From assembly GCA_026127925.1 (NCBI GenBank), contig JAJSLM010000006.1:22302-86301 (forward strand): DNA of 64,000 bases, written 5' to 3'. Source of the stretch: Thermoplasmatales archaeon. GTDB lineage: Archaea > Thermoplasmatota > Thermoplasmata > Thermoplasmatales > Thermoplasmataceae. Positions 60,145 to 64,000 of this stretch are shown here, piece by piece. Both the position numbers and the translations under genes were made by a program. Numbering within the stretch: position 1 is the stretch's first letter; every line of letters begins with the position of its first letter. The notes below the pieces were generated by a model, which ran no database searches, had not been told where the DNA came from, and saw only the letters and a list, made by a program, of their open reading frames with translations.

Positions 60145-60693
60145 TTACACAGAATTATGGAAACTACGATCATTCTTGAATGAATTTATCCAGTTATCGT
60201 AAATGTTCTTATTTATTTGCTTAGGGGAGTCAACTGATCGGCAAACATAGTATTCGGATTCTTTGTGTTTTCCGATGTAAAACTGTTTTTTGTTCATATT
60301 GTATTGCTCGACTTCTTCTCTACGGAATAAGAAGATCTTGGTGTCTATCGATATTCTTGAATTTTCTCCTTTTTCTCCTTTGGGGATGAAAGGGAAGTAC
60401 ACAGTAAGAACAAGGAAATCTAGGTGTTGATCGATTTTGACAGGTTTGCTAAACCAGCCATGAAATTCTACTTTGTATTTCTTTTGATCTGATGGGGATG
60501 TATCATAAGACCTTGAACTTTTTATCTGAAAGGTTACACTTTTTCTGGTTTCTATATTGAGTAATGCTACATCAAAGTACTTCTGTTGCCTGCTGGTCGG
60601 AATAACCACAGAATACTTATCTTTGTCGAAGCTCTTTGAGAGAGTATCAGCAAATTCAAACTCAGAATACTCTAAAGTAAAAAATGGCTTCAA
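60145..60693 (-). CDS. Hypothetical protein downstream of the methyltransferase (candidate nuclease/accessory subunit)
   Basis: ORF only; weak D...E.K-like FDVALLNIETRK stretch. Confidence 0.3.
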   Translation of the reverse strand: MKPFFTLEYSEFEFADTLSKSFDKDKYSVVIPTSRQQKYFDVALLNIETRKSVTFQIKSSRSYDTSPSDQKKYKVEFHGWFSKPVKIDQHLDFLVLTVYFPFIPKGEKGENSRISIDTKIFLFRREEVEQYNMNKKQFYIGKHKESEYYVCRSVDSPKQINKNIYDNWINSFKNDRSFHNSV

Positions 60694-61028
60694 GAGAATG
60701 TTCTCCCGTATTCTAACATATCAACAGTCATAATGTTTAGCAATTTAACTCTTCTCATACCCTTATCTTACGTTGACCTGAGTAAGAAAGTAGGCTTATC
60801 TTTCCATATAACTGGCTTTCATTGGCAAAATGACATTGGTGCCCTAATGGACCATTTTACTCTTTTATTTATTACAAACACATACTGATAGGACATTAAC
60901 CATAATTATGTGTAGGACTAACGATACCTCTATTTTCTTCCAATATCAAGAATATCGTTGAGTTTCCTACATTCTCTAATGGCATTTTTACAGTTTCTAT
61001 TCTTTTTACGATACGATTCTTAAAGGCA

Positions 61029-61931
61029 TCAAGTGGATATGTTCTCTCCGTTTAAATTCTTACTAAATAAAAATTCTCTATCTAAATCTGCATTTCGAGG
61101 AGTCCACAAATTATTGAGATTTTCAGTGAAATAATAATCCCTGCGGTATTTATCTATGCTATCGCTTGGTCTTAATTCCCTTAATCTTTCTTCTATCTTT
61201 TTAGTATTTACTGGGTCGATTTCAATTCCAATATACTTTCTCGATAGCTGTTTCGCTACCACTAGAGTCGTACCCGTCCCTGCAAACGGATCAAAAACCA
61301 AATCTCCAATATTGCTGGAAGATAATATTATCCTCAGCAGAAGAGCTACAGGAGATTGTTGTTTGTGAAATCTTTCACCATTTTCCATCCTTAGTGCTTC
61401 ATCACCAGCAAAATATCCTGATGTTAGTTCCCTAATATCATCCCATACGTCAGTAACATACATACCATTTGGTCTCTCATACCTTTCCGTAATTAATCTT
61501 GGTGGATTTATCCTAAGTTTATTAAAAACTCTTGGTTTATCGCCCTTTGTAGCAAATACAATTATTTGATAATGCAATCCAAATTTGTTATTCTGTGGAA
61601 CAGCAGACGTTTTCTTTTTCCATATAATTAAGTTCTGGTAAGTCCAGCCGGTATCTTCAAGAACCTTCATTACTCGAGCTGTATTCTTCTCTCTTTGCAT
61701 AAAATATATTGAACCACCATCAGAAGTCCTATTATATATCAATCTGCAAACCCTTTTCATGAATATCCAATATTCCTCTTCCGGGATATCATCATCGCTA
61801 ACTCTGTAATCTTTTCCTTGATTGAAAGGGGGGTCTAAAAAAGATAGATCTATTTGAAGGTCTTTTTTTGGAGTTTTCGATAGAAACTTTACGCAATCGT
61901 CATTAATTATCATGTTTTCCTTCATTATCAT
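61029..61931 (-). CDS. Beta-class DNA methyltransferase (N6-adenine or N4-cytosine)
   Basis: Motif IV DPPF near the N-terminus and motif I LVFDPFAGTGTT near the C-terminus (the IV-then-I order defines the beta class). Confidence 0.85.
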   Translation of the reverse strand: MIMKENMIINDDCVKFLSKTPKKDLQIDLSFLDPPFNQGKDYRVSDDDIPEEEYWIFMKRVCRLIYNRTSDGGSIYFMQREKNTARVMKVLEDTGWTYQNLIIWKKKTSAVPQNNKFGLHYQIIVFATKGDKPRVFNKLRINPPRLITERYERPNGMYVTDVWDDIRELTSGYFAGDEALRMENGERFHKQQSPVALLLRIILSSSNIGDLVFDPFAGTGTTLVVAKQLSRKYIGIEIDPVNTKKIEERLRELRPSDSIDKYRRDYYFTENLNNLWTPRNADLDREFLFSKNLNGENIST

Positions 61932-63418
61932 GCCTCACCTAACAACGTTTTTAAGTCTAACTTGAAGAATTCTCCCTCTTTTATTATCAATTTATACTGT
62001 AATAGCTTTTCAATTATACTTTCACCGTTTGTCATAGGAAATATTTCTGAAAGCTTTTCCTTTAACTCTGGTTCGGTATGTTTCCTATCAGACAGATAAT
62101 AAAGAACCATTGCACATAGAAAGTCAGAAGTTTCTATAACGTTCTTGTTTTTATTGAATTTTTTTATCAAGATAGAGGCGTATCTCCCTATTTGATAAAG
62201 ATTCCTTTTTAAATTTATGTCGCTTCTCACTATCACTCTGCTAAATAAATTCCTCACATCCTTATCTGGCTTGACTCCGTATACCTTGAAAATAGATACA
62301 GCATAATCTTCTTCTTTTTCAGATAAATAATTTAGCAACTGGATAGAATCGTCAAAAATATTGTCATAATCAGCTTGAGCTTTTCTAATGACGTCCAAAT
62401 TCGATTCAATAGTTATGGTTTCAGTATTTGCTCTCCAAAGAGCCTTCTTCTTGGCATATCCTAAATTCATCTTATTGAGATTCACCGAGCTTACAACGAC
62501 TCTCTTTTCAGTAATTATAAGCTTTGCATGAAGGGGATGCTTTGGTTTTCTTAGTTCAATGTTATTAGCCATCAATCTTGGGTATAGTTCTCTTATCCGT
62601 TCATTGAAATCTTGGCTTTCGCTACCTGTAAGTATTTTGATTGTTTTACCCTTTATAGAATTAGTAATCAAAAATGGTATGATTGCTGTATCTGTGAAAC
62701 TTTCCGTGGATATATAAACATAATCAGAGGCTTCGCTTATTACCATCTCCCATAAATCTCTGGCTTTGCACTCAATAGGTGCAATGTAAACCTTGTCTTC
62801 AATAGATGTAATGTTCTTACATATCTCTGCGGGATAATCCCTAATCCAATGTAACTTCACTTCCGGTTCGGTTATTGTCCTTGGTGCAACGAACAAAGCT
62901 TCTTTACTGTCATATGTCGTCTGCTCTACTAAATTCTTAATACTCCCTTCTCCAAATAATGCCAATAAAGTCAGAAATTTTTCATTAAACTCTTTGATTT
63001 TTCCTTCTTCTTTGTATATTAGCATGGCGTCTAGTTCCGGTTCTTCCGTAAGATTGGCAGATAAGGATATCGCTACGTTATCCGTTACTAAAAATTTACC
63101 ATGAAATGAATACCACCGACCTATCGCCGTTGTTGTTCTCTCAGGGTCTCCTATTCCCCATTTTGAAAAATATACCTTAGCTCCATTGGTCTTTATTCTT
63201 TCAATCCTGTCCTTTACTTTGTCCCTAATATCCTCATTTATACTATCGTATGGTAAAGTAAAAATCTCAACTTCGATACCCTTTGTCAAAATGCTGTCAA
63301 TAGCGTCATATATAAATTCATTATGAATTTGAAATACAGCTATCCTAACGTATTTTTTTGCCTCTTTAATCTCTTTAACCACGCGGTCAATCACATCTAG
63401 ACTAAACTCGAATTCCAT
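61928..63418 (-). CDS. Phospholipase-D-superfamily nuclease with two HKD motifs and a ~190-aa C-terminal extension (candidate restriction endonuclease)
   Basis: HGKFLVTDNVAISLSANLT and HAKLIITEKRVVVSSVNLN (HxKx4D/Ex6SxN twice); no TM segments; 4-nt overlap with the MTase gene. Confidence 0.75.
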   Translation of the reverse strand: MEFEFSLDVIDRVVKEIKEAKKYVRIAVFQIHNEFIYDAIDSILTKGIEVEIFTLPYDSINEDIRDKVKDRIERIKTNGAKVYFSKWGIGDPERTTTAIGRWYSFHGKFLVTDNVAISLSANLTEEPELDAMLIYKEEGKIKEFNEKFLTLLALFGEGSIKNLVEQTTYDSKEALFVAPRTITEPEVKLHWIRDYPAEICKNITSIEDKVYIAPIECKARDLWEMVISEASDYVYISTESFTDTAIIPFLITNSIKGKTIKILTGSESQDFNERIRELYPRLMANNIELRKPKHPLHAKLIITEKRVVVSSVNLNKMNLGYAKKKALWRANTETITIESNLDVIRKAQADYDNIFDDSIQLLNYLSEKEEDYAVSIFKVYGVKPDKDVRNLFSRVIVRSDINLKRNLYQIGRYASILIKKFNKNKNVIETSDFLCAMVLYYLSDRKHTEPELKEKLSEIFPMTNGESIIEKLLQYKLIIKEGEFFKLDLKTLLGEA

Positions 63419-63475
63419 TGTTATCCCTTTATCTATTGTTTTTACAATTAATTGTAGTTAAACTCGATGATACGG

Positions 63476-63799
63476 TTACCTAGTACAAGATTTCTTAATA
63501 TAGTATGTTTCAGACCTATTTACTGTCTCAACATAACGAGTTTCTATTTTACTATCAGAAACCATACTATCTAAAAGCTTACCAAAAGAGAATCCTGTCA
63601 TTAACGCGTCAAACATTTTCCAACCTATAGTATCTCTAGGCTTTGTAAAAGACAAATTTGCGTTCAGTGCCATTTGTATTTCTGTCTGAGTCCGAGCTTT
63701 GCAATCACCAAGTAATTTTTCAATAGCGCCCTTTAAAGTGGTTTCAGTATATCCTTTCTTAAATTCGTCAGAACTTATTGCCATGAATAGCCATAACAT
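63476..63799 (-). CDS. Hypothetical protein
   Basis: ORF 57 nt upstream of the PLD-nuclease gene on the same strand. Confidence 0.3.
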   Translation of the reverse strand: MLWLFMAISSDEFKKGYTETTLKGAIEKLLGDCKARTQTEIQMALNANLSFTKPRDTIGWKMFDALMTGFSFGKLLDSMVSDSKIETRYVETVNRSETYYIKKSCTR

Positions 63800-64000
63800 T
63801 ATTAAATAAAATGCTTACTTACGATGCTTAATACAATTTATTTCCCTTTGAGGTTGTCTCCAAAAATTATATCAGCACCAGAAAAATCTTTCACCAATCT
63901 TGGTCATCATCCTCATCATCAGAGCCTAGATGGTCGATTATCCATGCTAACCCCTTCGCAATATCCTTATTCTTCTGCCATTGAAGTTTTTCCTTTTCCA

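Noticed and set aside
61928-63418. Double-HKD protein as a cardiolipin synthase or phospholipase
   Set aside because: It has no N-terminal transmembrane helices and carries a long soluble C-terminal extension. Its stop overlaps a DNA methyltransferase start inside an island of nuclease-like genes, which favours a DNA-targeting PLD nuclease.
1-64000. CRISPR array or cas genes
   Set aside because: I scanned intergenic regions for regularly spaced direct repeats and found none. The only notable simple repeats are short (AT)n at ~46501-46515 and the A7T9 tract at 38834-38849.

Overview
This window is a low-GC archaeal chromosome segment; the gene content and order look Thermoplasmatales-like, but that is inferred from family resemblance only, with no database search. 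Most of it is housekeeping. There is a carbamoyl-phosphate synthase pair (carA/carB), carbamate kinase, a LeuC/LeuD-family dehydratase pair, four MFS transporters, endonuclease III, and the HerA-NurA-Mre11-Rad50 repair cluster next to the proteasome alpha subunit. The classic archaeal 'exosome superoperon' is present on the minus strand (psmA, SBDS, rrp4-rrp41-rrp42, rpl37ae-rpoP-pus10-rpl21e-rpoF-DUF655-ksgA) but is broken up by three accessory insertions. Those are an AbiEi/AbiEii toxin-antitoxin pair, a ~5.6 kb block carrying a methionine-salvage mtnB-mtnD-mtnC trio plus an ABC transporter and secreted proteins, and an IS607-family element beside a PRTase gene. The IS607 tnpB carries an in-frame TAG and has lost its zinc-finger cysteines. 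The most interesting part is the last ~5.7 kb, immediately 3' of a tRNA-Val(CAC). It looks like an AT-rich integrated defence island, with a tandem-HKD phospholipase-D-family nuclease translationally coupled to a beta-class DNA methyltransferase. Around them sit a GIY-YIG protein, a possible Hjc-like nuclease, two hypothetical proteins, and an unannotated 53-aa AbrB/MazE-like ORF that I found by manual translation. A second module of interest pairs two divergent geranylgeranyl-reductase-family flavoproteins with a DRE-TIM lyase, a family III CoA-transferase and a Bat-type HTH regulator. No CRISPR array or rRNA gene was seen. All calls rest on motif reading of the supplied translations; ORF starts are approximate because the ORF track translates alternative start codons as M.
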